DNA of 64,000 bases. It comes from an uncultured delta proteobacterium (GTDB lineage Bacteria; Desulfobacterota; Desulfuromonadia; Geobacterales; DSM-12255). The notes below the pieces were generated by a model. The model was not told the DNA's origin, did no database searches, and saw only the letters and a list, made by a program, of their open reading frames with translations. This document shows positions 38,389-48,260 of this stretch, piece by piece. The stretch is from assembly GCA_963787125.1 (NCBI GenBank), contig CAWBBV010000024.1, forward strand, positions 32,001-96,000, in the 5' to 3' direction. Every line of letters begins with the position of its first letter. Within the stretch, counting starts at the first letter, position 1. The position numbers and the translations under genes are program-made.

Positions 38389-39542
38389 TTAGTGGCGACA
38401 ATCAGCAGGGGGGCTTCCGTAGTTAACTCTTTTTCCGTATGGCGCCGCGTTGCATGGGCGATCATGGAATCAGGGTTGCCCCAGGTGGAAGGGCGAAAGG
38501 CTGCTTCGTTTCTGATCTGATCTAACTCGGAAGATCTTTTTGGCAGGGAGAGAATGTCAGAGGCCAAAGCCATGGGTAAGGAAGCCAGCGCAGTAATAAT
38601 ATTTTCTCTCTTGAACAGGTGATCCGTGTTTTCAAAGTAGGTGAAATTATAAATTTTCATCTGCCTGGCTTGTGCTTTTGCCTGTTGAGCTTGTTGGTTT
38701 TCAGCAAGTTTTTTTGCATAATCCCGCCACTCTTGAGCTTTAGTCGGATCTTTGTTCAACCCTTGTCCCGTGTCATAACGTACGGCAACGTTTTCTATTG
38801 CCTCAAAATTGCCTGTTTTGGCAACACTAATTTGCTCTTGTGCAATTATTGCTTCAGCTTTGTTCCGCCATTCCTTTGCTTGGGAGGGGTCTTTGACCAC
38901 TCCTTGTCCGGTATCATACCGTACGGCAATGTTCTTCATTGCTTCAAAGTTACCTGCATTGGCCGCACGCAGCTGTTCCTGCGCAGTGCTCGCCTCGACT
39001 TTATTACGCCATGTTGCGGCTTTAGCAGGACTCTTTTTCACGCCTATCCCGTCCTCATAATAGCCAATCATCTTTTTCATGGCTTCTACATCGCCGGCTT
39101 CGGCAGCACTAAGTTGCGTGGCAGCCTCTGTCGCTTCATTTTTAAGTTTGATCTTGGCCTCTTCTTTTTTAAGTCTGGCTTCGGCGATGGCAGCATCTTT
39201 TTTAAGCCTGACTTCGTCCGCTTCAGCTTTTTGTCTGGCTTCAACTGATACCTGAGGCGCAGACAGAGTAATGTCTATCCGTTGAACAACATCATCAACT
39301 ACTCTTAGATCTTTCTCAAAGATTTGTTCGTAGCCGTTCTGGACGGTTTTACGCGCAAGCAGTTTTGCTTTGCCGGCTTTTACTGGAACATCGCAAGGGC
39401 ATTCGCCCACAAACTTGCCATTAATAAATACTTCAGTACCGCTGTCCTGATCTTCACATTTGATGCGCACCATGCTGCTGGCGTAGGCTGAAACAGTTGT
39501 GATCAACACAAGTAGTCCGCTAATGAAAAGGCTTTTTTTCAT
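38385..39542 (-). CDS. Exported PEGA-domain and Sel1-repeat protein
   Basis: Signal peptide. EVFINGKFVGECP (PEGA-like). Three A..G..EA.....Y..G.GV.KD...A..W repeats. GGAGG RBS. Confidence 0.85.
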   Translation of the reverse strand: MKKSLFISGLLVLITTVSAYASSMVRIKCEDQDSGTEVFINGKFVGECPCDVPVKAGKAKLLARKTVQNGYEQIFEKDLRVVDDVVQRIDITLSAPQVSVEARQKAEADEVRLKKDAAIAEARLKKEEAKIKLKNEATEAATQLSAAEAGDVEAMKKMIGYYEDGIGVKKSPAKAATWRNKVEASTAQEQLRAANAGNFEAMKNIAVRYDTGQGVVKDPSQAKEWRNKAEAIIAQEQISVAKTGNFEAIENVAVRYDTGQGLNKDPTKAQEWRDYAKKLAENQQAQQAKAQARQMKIYNFTYFENTDHLFKRENIITALASLPMALASDILSLPKRSSELDQIRNEAAFRPSTWGNPDSMIAHATRRHTEKELTTEAPLLIVATK

Positions 39543-39638
39543 TACTCCTCCTTTGAAGTGAATTCATACAAATCGTGAATGTGAACATTGGATGGGAATC
39601 TGTCGAATTATGCCCATAGACCTGTCGATATTTAAAAG

Positions 39639-39653
39639 TGTATACAGTATATA
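39639..39653. promoter_or_regulatory. TGTATAC-N-GTATACA-type dyad (1 mismatch)
   Basis: TGTATACAGTATATA, the same motif as upstream of icd. Confidence 0.4.
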
Positions 39654-39962
39654 TTTTAGAAATGGCAATAAGTAAACAGTGTTTTATCTCTGCGTTATTA
39701 GTTTTTTTAAACAGGCTGGACAGTTAAGTGATACTTTTTAAGCTCGCGGGTTGTCAGTGTCAATATTCGACTCAACAACTTGTGGAGCTTCAGGGATTTA
39801 ATGTTCTTTGCTGGTTGTCTTAGTACAGCTAACATGCTAATAACACAAGATCCGAAGACTTAGAAGTATTGCCCCGTATTAGTGAGAGGAAGCATAGCCG
39901 GCAGACTCTGATTGTGACAGATAATACTTTTGCTTTATAAAGCTCTTATATTGAGGCGTGGA

Positions 39963-41612
39963 ATGGTTGACAGACTAAAGGAAGCGATAAAGCTGCACTA
40001 CCCCGTTGTTTTTCCGCTGCTACTCTCTGCAATTGTGCTCTGGCGCAGCTACAGGATTCCGGGGCTCACAGCTGATTCAATCACCTATTTTCAGATTTCC
40101 AGGAATATTCTCTATGCCGGCAAATTAGGCTGGGAGGCGCTGTGGGCGACCCCTTTTCATTCTATTATAATTGCTGTAGTCGCATATCTTAGCGGGATAC
40201 ACGATCTCTTGACCGTGGCGTCTCTAGTCTCTCCGCTGTTAGCTTTTCTGTTAGTGCCGACAGTTTATTCACTCGCCGTTCAGATCTTTGACCGTCGTTG
40301 CGCTCTGCTGGCGGCAGCGCTGGTGGCGATTTTCCCTCACCTGAACAGTATTGCCTATTCCGCGGAACCTGAAGTTACCTATACCTTTTTCCTGCTACTG
40401 GCCCTGACAATCTGTACGGCTGCAGTCAAACGCAATTCCCTGCTGTTGTCTGCCATAACCGGCATCACGTTTTCACTCGCCTATCTTTCCAGATCAGAAG
40501 GCTTTGTGGTGATGTCGCTGCTCTTCACCGTTTTGACGGCCGTCCAGGGGGTACGTTTTTATCGTTCGTCAGTATTCAAACTCTGCATTATCGCTACAAT
40601 CATGTTTTTTATTGTCTCATCACCGTATCTGTTTTTTCTGAAGCAACATTATGGCGCGTTCGTCATCAGCCCCAAGGCCTCGTATGTATTGACCTGGATG
40701 AAAAACGCCGTTTATAGAGACAGTGATATAAGTGAAAGAGATAATGTTGAATTGTGGGGGTTGAATCATCAGGGCAAGCTCCGGTGGCAGGAACCTAAAG
40801 GCATGAAAGATCTGCTTTCTTACCTTTTGTCGCAGCCCGCTAAAAGCCTGTCCGTTTATCTCACTAATCTATCCCACGAAATCCCCGGAAGAATTCCGAA
40901 CAACAGCGGCATGGAATATTTTCCCCAGCTTTTTCCGGTTTATCTCTCGCTGGCGGCGCTTGTTAGTCTCTTCGGACGCTGGCAACCTTTTGCCAGGGAG
41001 AAAAGGGCGATTCTCCTTGCTCCGCTGTTGATTTTTTTTGTACTGCCGATCTTCACCGACGGCTGGTGGAAGTATCTGGTTCCCTATCTCCCTTTGATGC
41101 TGATCATGGCAGCGCAGGGGATTTTCATGCTGGCGGCGCTTATGGCCGATAAAGTATCCTCGACAGGTAAAAAGCCGGTAGCCGGCGCGATCGTTGTGGT
41201 TGTTGCCGCTATTATTGGCGTCCGTTTTTATCTGTCATTTCATCCGCTTGACCGTCAGGAGGGTAAGAGGGCAAGCAAAGATATCGTTAGACGGGCTCAA
41301 AACGCCGAGGTTTGTAAGGATCTCGGGGTACTGGCCTATCAGCGGTTGGGCGCCGGAAACAACTATCTGGCCAATTGGAGCAAGCTTGTATACCATCTTG
41401 ACGGGATCTGGACAGCAATGCCGCTGGCAACAGGTGAGGAGTTACACAAATATGCTCTGGCCAATAAGGTCGATTATTTAGTTATAGAAGCGCATTCACC
41501 GGAAGAGATTAAAACCTTGATTGAACAGGTTGACCCGGTGGGATTCAAGCTTGAAGGGATTCTTAAATCGGTGGCATATATTTATGCCATAGGTTTTTAT
41601 CGGGTTCAATAG
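39963..41612 (+). CDS. GT-C fold membrane glycosyltransferase (ArnT/PMT, family 39/83-like)
   Basis: ADSITYF loop, many TM helices, LAYLSRSEG, KYLVP. Confidence 0.8.
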   Translation: MVDRLKEAIKLHYPVVFPLLLSAIVLWRSYRIPGLTADSITYFQISRNILYAGKLGWEALWATPFHSIIIAVVAYLSGIHDLLTVASLVSPLLAFLLVPTVYSLAVQIFDRRCALLAAALVAIFPHLNSIAYSAEPEVTYTFFLLLALTICTAAVKRNSLLLSAITGITFSLAYLSRSEGFVVMSLLFTVLTAVQGVRFYRSSVFKLCIIATIMFFIVSSPYLFFLKQHYGAFVISPKASYVLTWMKNAVYRDSDISERDNVELWGLNHQGKLRWQEPKGMKDLLSYLLSQPAKSLSVYLTNLSHEIPGRIPNNSGMEYFPQLFPVYLSLAALVSLFGRWQPFAREKRAILLAPLLIFFVLPIFTDGWWKYLVPYLPLMLIMAAQGIFMLAALMADKVSSTGKKPVAGAIVVVVAAIIGVRFYLSFHPLDRQEGKRASKDIVRRAQNAEVCKDLGVLAYQRLGAGNNYLANWSKLVYHLDGIWTAMPLATGEELHKYALANKVDYLVIEAHSPEEIKTLIEQVDPVGFKLEGILKSVAYIYAIGFYRVQ

Positions 41613-41639
41613 TTACCATGCCAATGTTTCAACTGATAT

Positions 41640-42166
41640 TTACGGCGGAAACTGTTCATTGTAGTCGGTAAATTCCCGCAGGGCGCGCTCTTCCAAATGG
41701 ATGCGCTGACGCACAATGAGGAGATTGGCCGGGAAGAAAAGCGCCAGGGTGTACGGCGCGCGCATGAGCAGAGGCAGCAGGAGGAACTCAAGTGTCACCA
41801 CCAGATAGTTCGGATGGGAAAGCAGGCGATAGGGACCCGCTTTTTTAACCTTCCCCCCGGAACCAGTACGATCCGGGTATTCCAGCATTCACCGAGACTG
41901 ATGATACACCAGTAGCGCACTCCCTGAAGCAGGATGACAAGAGTGAGCAGGGTGAAGCTGAACAGTCCGGTGGGGACGAGCCAGGGGTAGGACTCGCCGA
42001 ACAGGGCCAGTAGAAACAGGCTGTGCAGGGCGACCATGCGGGGAAAGGTTTCAGGATAGAACTCCCTACCGCCACGGGCCGTCAGGGTCAGGCAGTGTCT
42101 GCGGGAAAGCTGGAGCTCAAAGAAACGCTCCAACAGCAGGTATGCAAAGAGCGGCAGCAGTGACAT
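41640..42166 (-). pseudogene. Isoprenylcysteine carboxyl methyltransferase family (BpsB/SrsB-like), frameshifted at about 41840-41858
   Basis: Frame 1 reads ERFFELQLSRRH...SLGECWNTRI. The -1 frame continues AGPYRLLSHPNY...RIHLEERAL. Confidence 0.82.
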
Positions 42167-42167
42167 G

Positions 42168-43220
42168 TTACACCTTGAACAGCAGCAGTTCGGCTGAAAA
42201 TCCCGGACCGAACGCCGATAGCAGGCCGTGCCCTGCAGTTGCCATCCCCCCGGCAGCAAGCCACTGCTCCAGTACTACCAGTACCGAGACTGACGACATG
42301 TTGCCATGGTTGCGCAGCAGATCTTCGGTTTGGCGCAGATCATCCCCGGAAAGCTGCAACGCCGCTCGATAGGCGTCCACGACCCGGGCGCCGCCGGGAT
42401 GGGTGACGAAGTGAACAAGGTCGTTGCGCGTCATTTCATGTTCGGCAAGAAAAGCCTTTACCAGCGGCGGTAACTCCTGCCTGATAACCAGCGGCAGCCT
42501 TGGTGACAGGACCAGCTGCATCCCTTCATTTTGAAAATCCCACCCCATAATATGGTAACTGTCCGGGAAGAGATGCGAACGGGTAGCAACTATAGCCGGA
42601 CCGTCACAGTCTGACAGATCCCCGCCGATCAGCGCTGCCGCTGCACCGTCGGCGAAGATGGAGGTGGCTACCAGGTTCTTTTTACTTACATCCCCGGCCA
42701 TAAAGGTCAGGCTGCAGCATTCCAGCGCGACCAGCAGCACCCTGTGGCCAGGGTAGGCCAGACAGTGTTCATGAGCACGGGAAAGACCGACAGCTCCGCC
42801 TGCACAACCAAGTCCCCAGAGCGGCAACCGTGAAGTGGCTGGCTTCATCCCCAGGCGGTTAATGAGATGAGCGTCCAGAGTCGGGGTCGCATGACCGGTG
42901 GAAGAGACAAAAATCACTTGGTCGACCTGATCCGGACGGCAACCGGCCCTGTCAAGACAGACTGCTGCGGCGTCTTCGAGGAGTGCAAGACCCTGTTGCT
43001 GGTAGACACGGGTGCGCTCAAGCTGAGTGCGCGGCTCCAGATACCATTCCAGCGGCATCATGAACTGGCGGTTATCGATGCGTGCATTATCAAAGACAGT
43101 CAGCAGTCGCTCCAGTTCGGTCACGCTGTCGGCAAAAACCCGCCGGACGATCTCCTTGACTGCCTGTTGGGAAACGCCATGAGGCGGGAAGGCATGGGCA
43201 GCGGCGATAATCCGGGGCAT
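42168..43220 (-). CDS. Type III polyketide synthase (BpsA/SrsA-like)
   Basis: Cys-His-Asn triad: LGCAGG, HPGG, GNMSS. Also FADGAAA, FGPG. AGGAG before ATG 43220. Confidence 0.93.
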   Translation of the reverse strand: MPRIIAAAHAFPPHGVSQQAVKEIVRRVFADSVTELERLLTVFDNARIDNRQFMMPLEWYLEPRTQLERTRVYQQQGLALLEDAAAVCLDRAGCRPDQVDQVIFVSSTGHATPTLDAHLINRLGMKPATSRLPLWGLGCAGGAVGLSRAHEHCLAYPGHRVLLVALECCSLTFMAGDVSKKNLVATSIFADGAAAALIGGDLSDCDGPAIVATRSHLFPDSYHIMGWDFQNEGMQLVLSPRLPLVIRQELPPLVKAFLAEHEMTRNDLVHFVTHPGGARVVDAYRAALQLSGDDLRQTEDLLRNHGNMSSVSVLVVLEQWLAAGGMATAGHGLLSAFGPGFSAELLLFKV

Positions 43221-43414
43221 AAAAGCTCCTTGGAAGACAAACTGAGGATATTGCATAGGGATAAACGCTTCGAGAAACCATACCACCCGGAAGTGGCAGC
43301 GTCAAAGCAATAGCCGTAACAAGAGCTTTGCATCAACTTGATCTGCACTGAAGCGACGCTTTAATCCAGCATGATTTGTGAGCTGACAGCAAACATTTTT
43401 ATCAGGAATGCTTA

Positions 43415-43452
43415 TTGACAACGGGTATTATTGCATGTAAGATTGCATGTAA
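43415..43452 (+). promoter_or_regulatory. Sigma70 promoter overlapped by a TTGCATGTAA direct repeat
   Basis: TTGACA(43415)-17nt-TAAGAT(43438). TTGCATGTAA at 43431 and 43443. Confidence 0.65.
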
Positions 43453-43466
43453 AAAAAGGGGGACAC

Positions 43467-44237
43467 GTGAGCGAAGTCATATTAGAATATCCGGCTGATG
43501 GGGTAGCTTTGGTCAGACTGAATCGCCCCGAAGCGAAAAATGCCCTGAATCTCCCCCTGCGGCAGCTGTTGGCCGAATATTTCCGGGCTTTAAGCGTGGA
43601 TCAGGCGGTGCGCTGTATCGTCTTGACCGGTGGCAGTGAATGCTTTGCTGCCGGAGCTGATATTAAGGATATGGTCGATAAAGGCGCCATCGAGATGATG
43701 TTGCGCAATATCCACCTTCTCTGGCAGGCGATTGCGGTCTGTCCCAAGCCGGTTATTGCGGCGGTTAACGGCTATGCCTGGGGGGGCGGTTGCGAGCTGG
43801 CCATGCATGCAGATATCATTATCGCCGGCGAGAACGCTTCTTTCTGTCAACCGGAGATCAAGGTCGGCATTATGCCCGGGGCCGGGGGGACACAGCGTCT
43901 TACCAGAGCGGTCGGCAAGTTTCAGGCCATGAAGATGATTCTCACCGGCAGGCCGGTTTCAGGAAAAGAAGCCTTTACCATGGGGCTTTGCAGTGAAGTG
44001 CTGCCCGACGCCGAAGTTCAGGCCGCCGCTCTGAAAATGGCTTCTCAAATCGCTGCCATGCCGCCGCTGGCCGTTGCCCAGATCAAGGAGGTTGTTCTGG
44101 CCGGTCAGGATATGTCTCTGGATGCGGCCATCATGCTGGAACGCAAGGCATTTCAGCTTCTGTTCGCGACCGGTGATCAGAAGGAGGGGATGAATGCCTT
44201 CATCGAAAAGCGCAAGCCGGTCTATAAAGGGAGGTAG
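43467..44237 (+). CDS. Enoyl-CoA hydratase (DcaE/PaaF-like)
   Basis: FAAGADI, GGGCEL, QPEIKVGIMPGAGGTQRL. Confidence 0.92.
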   Translation: MSEVILEYPADGVALVRLNRPEAKNALNLPLRQLLAEYFRALSVDQAVRCIVLTGGSECFAAGADIKDMVDKGAIEMMLRNIHLLWQAIAVCPKPVIAAVNGYAWGGGCELAMHADIIIAGENASFCQPEIKVGIMPGAGGTQRLTRAVGKFQAMKMILTGRPVSGKEAFTMGLCSEVLPDAEVQAAALKMASQIAAMPPLAVAQIKEVVLAGQDMSLDAAIMLERKAFQLLFATGDQKEGMNAFIEKRKPVYKGR

Positions 44238-44240
44238 TTG

Positions 44241-45767
44241 ATGAGCCTTGATGTAAATAAAAGTGAGCTGGTGCTGGGGGTTGTCGGCGCCGGGGTGATG
44301 GGGCGGGGCATTGCCCAGATTGCGGCCCAGGCCGGGATAGCGGTGCTTATCCACGATGCCAGGCCCGGGGCAGCCGCTGATGCGGTTGATTCCATCCGGA
44401 GCGCTTTGACCAGACTGGCGGAGAAAGGGAAGATAACAACCGCGGTTGCCGAGGCTGCGGTTGCCCGGATTGCCATAATAGAAACCCTGGCCGGCTTTGC
44501 TCCGGCGGACGTGGTTGTTGAAGCGATTGTTGAGAATATTCAGGCCAAGCATCTATTACTACAGGAGTTGGAAGATGTTGTCAGTCAGGCTGCCATACTG
44601 GCAACCAATACTTCCTCGCTGTCGGTGACCGAGATTGCTGCCGGCTGCAAGCTTCCGGGTCGCGTTGGCGGGTTTCACTTTTTCAATCCAGTGCCGCTAA
44701 TGAAAATCATCGAAGTCATCGACGGAGTGTTGACGGAAAAATGGGTGGGCGAAGCGCTTGTGGCCCTAACGGCGCGGCTGGGACACGCTCCGGTAAGGGC
44801 GAAAGATACTCCCGGCTTTATCGTCAATCATGCCGGTCGCGGCTATGTCACCGAGGCGCTGCGCATCCTCGGTGAAGGGGTGGCTGAGCATCAGGTGGTT
44901 GACGCAATTCTCCGCCAGGGCGCCGGTTTTCGCATGGGGCCCTTTGAGCTGCTGGATCTGACCGCGCTTGATGTATCCCATCCGGCCATGGAAGCGATCT
45001 ATAACCAGTATTATCAGGAGCCGCGCCTGCGACCGTCACCCATTGCCAGACAGCGTCTCATGGCAGGTCTTTTGGGACGCAAGGTCGGCAGAGGTTTCTA
45101 CAGTTACACCGCTGCCGGTGTTGAATCTGTTCCCGGAATAGAGATCCCGGCGGTACAGCCTTCTTCCGTATGGGTAAGTCGGGCCCGTCCGGAGGCTTAT
45201 GCCCTGATTACTGCGCTCCTGCATAAACTTGGCGCCACCGTTGATAGCGGCGCAGTCCCCTCTCTGGATTCGATCTGTCTGGTCATGCCGCTCGGAAGCG
45301 ATGCCACAACCGCCTGTCTGGCGGAGAACCTCGATCCGACCCGGACTGTGGCTATTGATACGCTCTTCGGCATGGAGTGTCACCGCACCCTGATGACAAC
45401 TCCGTTGACTGCTCACGGCGTTTCCTGTGCCGCCCATGGCCTGTTCGCCGGTGACGGGGTGCCGGTATCGGTGATTCATGACAGCGCCGGCTTTGTTGCC
45501 CAGCGGGTGCTGGCTATGGTTGTCAATATCTCTTGCGATATTGTTCAGCAGCGGATTACTTCACCTGAAGATCTGGATAGAGCAGTAACTCTCGGCCTTG
45601 GTTATCCCCAAGGGCCGCTTGCCTGGGGTGATGCCATCGGCGCCGTCAAGCTGCTGACCATTCTCCAGGAGATGAGCACGTTTTATGGTGATCCACGCTA
45701 CCGCCCCAGTCCCTGGCTCACCCGTCGGGCAAGACTTGGTGTATCGTTGCTGACGCCGGAAAATTAA
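44241..45767 (+). CDS. 3-hydroxyacyl-CoA dehydrogenase (DcaH/PaaH-like, duplicated C-domain)
   Basis: GAGVMGRG, EAIVEN, NTSSL, HFFNP, MGPF. Confidence 0.92.
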   Translation: MSLDVNKSELVLGVVGAGVMGRGIAQIAAQAGIAVLIHDARPGAAADAVDSIRSALTRLAEKGKITTAVAEAAVARIAIIETLAGFAPADVVVEAIVENIQAKHLLLQELEDVVSQAAILATNTSSLSVTEIAAGCKLPGRVGGFHFFNPVPLMKIIEVIDGVLTEKWVGEALVALTARLGHAPVRAKDTPGFIVNHAGRGYVTEALRILGEGVAEHQVVDAILRQGAGFRMGPFELLDLTALDVSHPAMEAIYNQYYQEPRLRPSPIARQRLMAGLLGRKVGRGFYSYTAAGVESVPGIEIPAVQPSSVWVSRARPEAYALITALLHKLGATVDSGAVPSLDSICLVMPLGSDATTACLAENLDPTRTVAIDTLFGMECHRTLMTTPLTAHGVSCAAHGLFAGDGVPVSVIHDSAGFVAQRVLAMVVNISCDIVQQRITSPEDLDRAVTLGLGYPQGPLAWGDAIGAVKLLTILQEMSTFYGDPRYRPSPWLTRRARLGVSLLTPEN

Positions 45768-45785
45768 CAGTTAAAGGAGTTTTTT

Positions 45786-46997
45786 ATGATGGATGCCTAT
45801 ATTTATGACGGACTGCGTACCCCTTTTGGTCGCCATGCAGGCAGCCTCGCTCCTGTAAGACCGGATACTCTTGTGGCAGGGGTCATTACGGCTCTGATGG
45901 AAAAGCATGCTTTTCTGGCCGGGTCAGTGGAGGATGTGATTATCGGCTGCACCAACCAGGCCGGTGAGGATAGCCGCAATCTGGCCAGGCATGCGGTCCT
46001 CCTTTCCGGCTTGCCGGTGTCAGTGCCGGGACAGACTGTTAATCGCCTCTGTTCCAGCGGCCTTGCCGCAGTTATTGATGCGGCGCGGGCGATTACCTGC
46101 AATGAAGGTGAGCTTTATCTGGCCGGTGGCGTGGAGAGCATGAGCCGGGCCCCGTTTGTCATGGCCAAGTCAGAGTCTGCCTACAGTCGTGATTTCTGTA
46201 TGTTCGATTCAACCATCGGGGCCCGTTTTCCCCATCCGGCTATCATCAAGCAGTTTGGCGGCGACACCATGCCGGAGACCGCCGATAATGTAGCCCGGGA
46301 TTTCGGCATCAGCCGGGAGGATTCAGATATCTTTGCCGCCGGCTCCCAGGCCAAGTATGCCAGGGCTTTGCAGGACGGATTTTTTGGCGGTGAAATAGTT
46401 CCGGTAAGCGTTCCGCAAGGGGGGAAAAAACCGCCTTTGATCGTCACCGGCGATGAGCATCCCCGCGCTGAATCCGATTTTGTTTCACTTGCCAAACTTA
46501 AACCTTTAATTGAAGGAGGCGTTGTAACCGCCGGAAATGCATCGGGAGTCAATGATGGTGCCGGTATGCTGCTGGTAGGGAGTCGCGCCTTTAGTGAGAA
46601 AAAAGGTCTCAGGCCGCTGGCCAGAGTACTATCATCAGCTGCTGCCGGTATTGAGCCGCGGATTATGGGGGTTGGCCCGGTAGAGGCGGTAAAGAAGGCG
46701 CTGGACCGGGCAGGGCTGACACTTGCCGATATGGACATAATCGAAGTAAATGAGGCTTTTGCCTGCCAGGTTCTTGGCTGTCTTAAACTGCTGGGGATTC
46801 CGTTTACCGATAGCCGGGTTAATCCCAACGGCGGCGCCATCGCTGTCGGTCATCCTCTCGGAGCATCCGGCGCCAGACTCGCCCTGACAGTTGCCCGCCA
46901 GCTGCATCGGACTAATTGCCGCTATGCGGTTATCAGTCTCTGTATCGGTATGGGACAGGGTTTGGCGGTTGTTCTGGAAAACAGTGCAATGAGATAA
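45786..46997 (+). CDS. 3-oxoadipyl-CoA-type thiolase (DcaF/PaaJ/PcaF-like)
   Basis: NQAGEDSRN, NRLCSSG, NEAF, GHPLGASG, CIG. Confidence 0.92.
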   Translation: MMDAYIYDGLRTPFGRHAGSLAPVRPDTLVAGVITALMEKHAFLAGSVEDVIIGCTNQAGEDSRNLARHAVLLSGLPVSVPGQTVNRLCSSGLAAVIDAARAITCNEGELYLAGGVESMSRAPFVMAKSESAYSRDFCMFDSTIGARFPHPAIIKQFGGDTMPETADNVARDFGISREDSDIFAAGSQAKYARALQDGFFGGEIVPVSVPQGGKKPPLIVTGDEHPRAESDFVSLAKLKPLIEGGVVTAGNASGVNDGAGMLLVGSRAFSEKKGLRPLARVLSSAAAGIEPRIMGVGPVEAVKKALDRAGLTLADMDIIEVNEAFACQVLGCLKLLGIPFTDSRVNPNGGAIAVGHPLGASGARLALTVARQLHRTNCRYAVISLCIGMGQGLAVVLENSAMR

Positions 46998-47016
46998 AGT
47001 TTACGGGAGAAGTGAA

Positions 47017-48168
47017 ATGATCAAAGATGAAGCCACACTGAATGTAATTCTTGAAACGGTCTCCAAGTTTGTCAAAGAGCGTCTCATCCCCATTGAAGAG
47101 CAGTGCGCTGAAAATGATGCGATCCCTGACGAAATTATCGATGAAATGAGAGAGTTGGGTCTGTTCGGGTTGTCAATTCCGGAAGAGTACGACGGCCTTG
47201 GTCTTACTCTTGAAGAGGAGATAAGGGTGGTCTTTGAACTCTGCAAAGCGGCACCTATATTCCGCTCGGTCATCGGCACCAATGTCGGTATCGGTGCTCT
47301 GGGGATAGTTTTTGACGGCACTGAAGAGCAGAAAAAGTATTATCTTCCCCGTTTGGCAAGTGGCGAGCTGATTGCTTCGTTTGCTCTCACCGAGCCTGAT
47401 GCCGGGTCTGATGCGGCGTCACTGAGAACCTCAGCGGTCAGAGACGGCGATTTTTACGTGCTTAACGGTACCAAAAGATTTATCACCAATGCACCTGAAG
47501 CCGGAGTATTTACCGTCTTTGCCAGAACCAATCCCGAGATCAAAGGGGCCGGCGGGGTGTCGGCTTTTCTGGTCGAGAAAGGGACTCCCGGACTCTCTTT
47601 CGGGAAAAATGAAAAGAAGATGGGGCAGTGGGGTGGCCATGTCTGTGATGTGATTTTTGAAGATTGCCGTGTGCCGGCCAGTGCCATTATTGGTGGCAAG
47701 GAAGGGGTCGGTTTCAAGACTGCCATGAAAGTACTGGAAAAATCACGGACCCATATAGCTGCAGTCTGCGTCGGCTCTGCCGAGCGGATTCTGGAAGAGG
47801 CACTCCGTTATGCCGTTGACCGCAAGCAGTTCAATAAACCGATTGCGGATTTCCAGCTGATACAGGGGATGCTGGCCGACAGCAAGGCGGAGATATTCGC
47901 GGCCCGAAGCATGGTGCTGGAGACAACCCGCAGATATGATCTGAAGAAAAGTATCAGCACCGAATCATCCTGCAGCAAGCTCTTCGCTGCGGAAATGGTT
48001 TGCAAGGTTGCTGATCGAGCCGTGCAGATTCTTGGCGGGTCCGGTTACATCCGTGAGTATGCTGTGGAGCGCTTTTATCGCGATGTCCGTCTTTTCCGTC
48101 TTTATGAGGGCACCAGCCAGATTCAGCAGCTGATAATCGCCAAGAACATGATCAAAGAAGTTAGTTGA
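47017..48168 (+). CDS. Acyl-CoA dehydrogenase (DcaA-like)
   Basis: LTEPDAGSD, NGTKRFITN, RLYEGTSQIQ. Confidence 0.92.
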   Translation: MIKDEATLNVILETVSKFVKERLIPIEEQCAENDAIPDEIIDEMRELGLFGLSIPEEYDGLGLTLEEEIRVVFELCKAAPIFRSVIGTNVGIGALGIVFDGTEEQKKYYLPRLASGELIASFALTEPDAGSDAASLRTSAVRDGDFYVLNGTKRFITNAPEAGVFTVFARTNPEIKGAGGVSAFLVEKGTPGLSFGKNEKKMGQWGGHVCDVIFEDCRVPASAIIGGKEGVGFKTAMKVLEKSRTHIAAVCVGSAERILEEALRYAVDRKQFNKPIADFQLIQGMLADSKAEIFAARSMVLETTRRYDLKKSISTESSCSKLFAAEMVCKVADRAVQILGGSGYIREYAVERFYRDVRLFRLYEGTSQIQQLIIAKNMIKEVS

Positions 48169-48213
48169 TTATTTTATCCTGTTGCCAGGGGAGGGTGATG
48201 CTGCGAAGTAAAT

Positions 48214-48260
48214 ACGCCGCTATTCCAATTTTGTTTATTGGGAGAGCGGCGTTTTCTTTT
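48214..48260 (+). terminator. Probable terminator
   Basis: ACGCCGCT...AGCGGCGT followed by TTTCTTTT. Confidence 0.6.
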
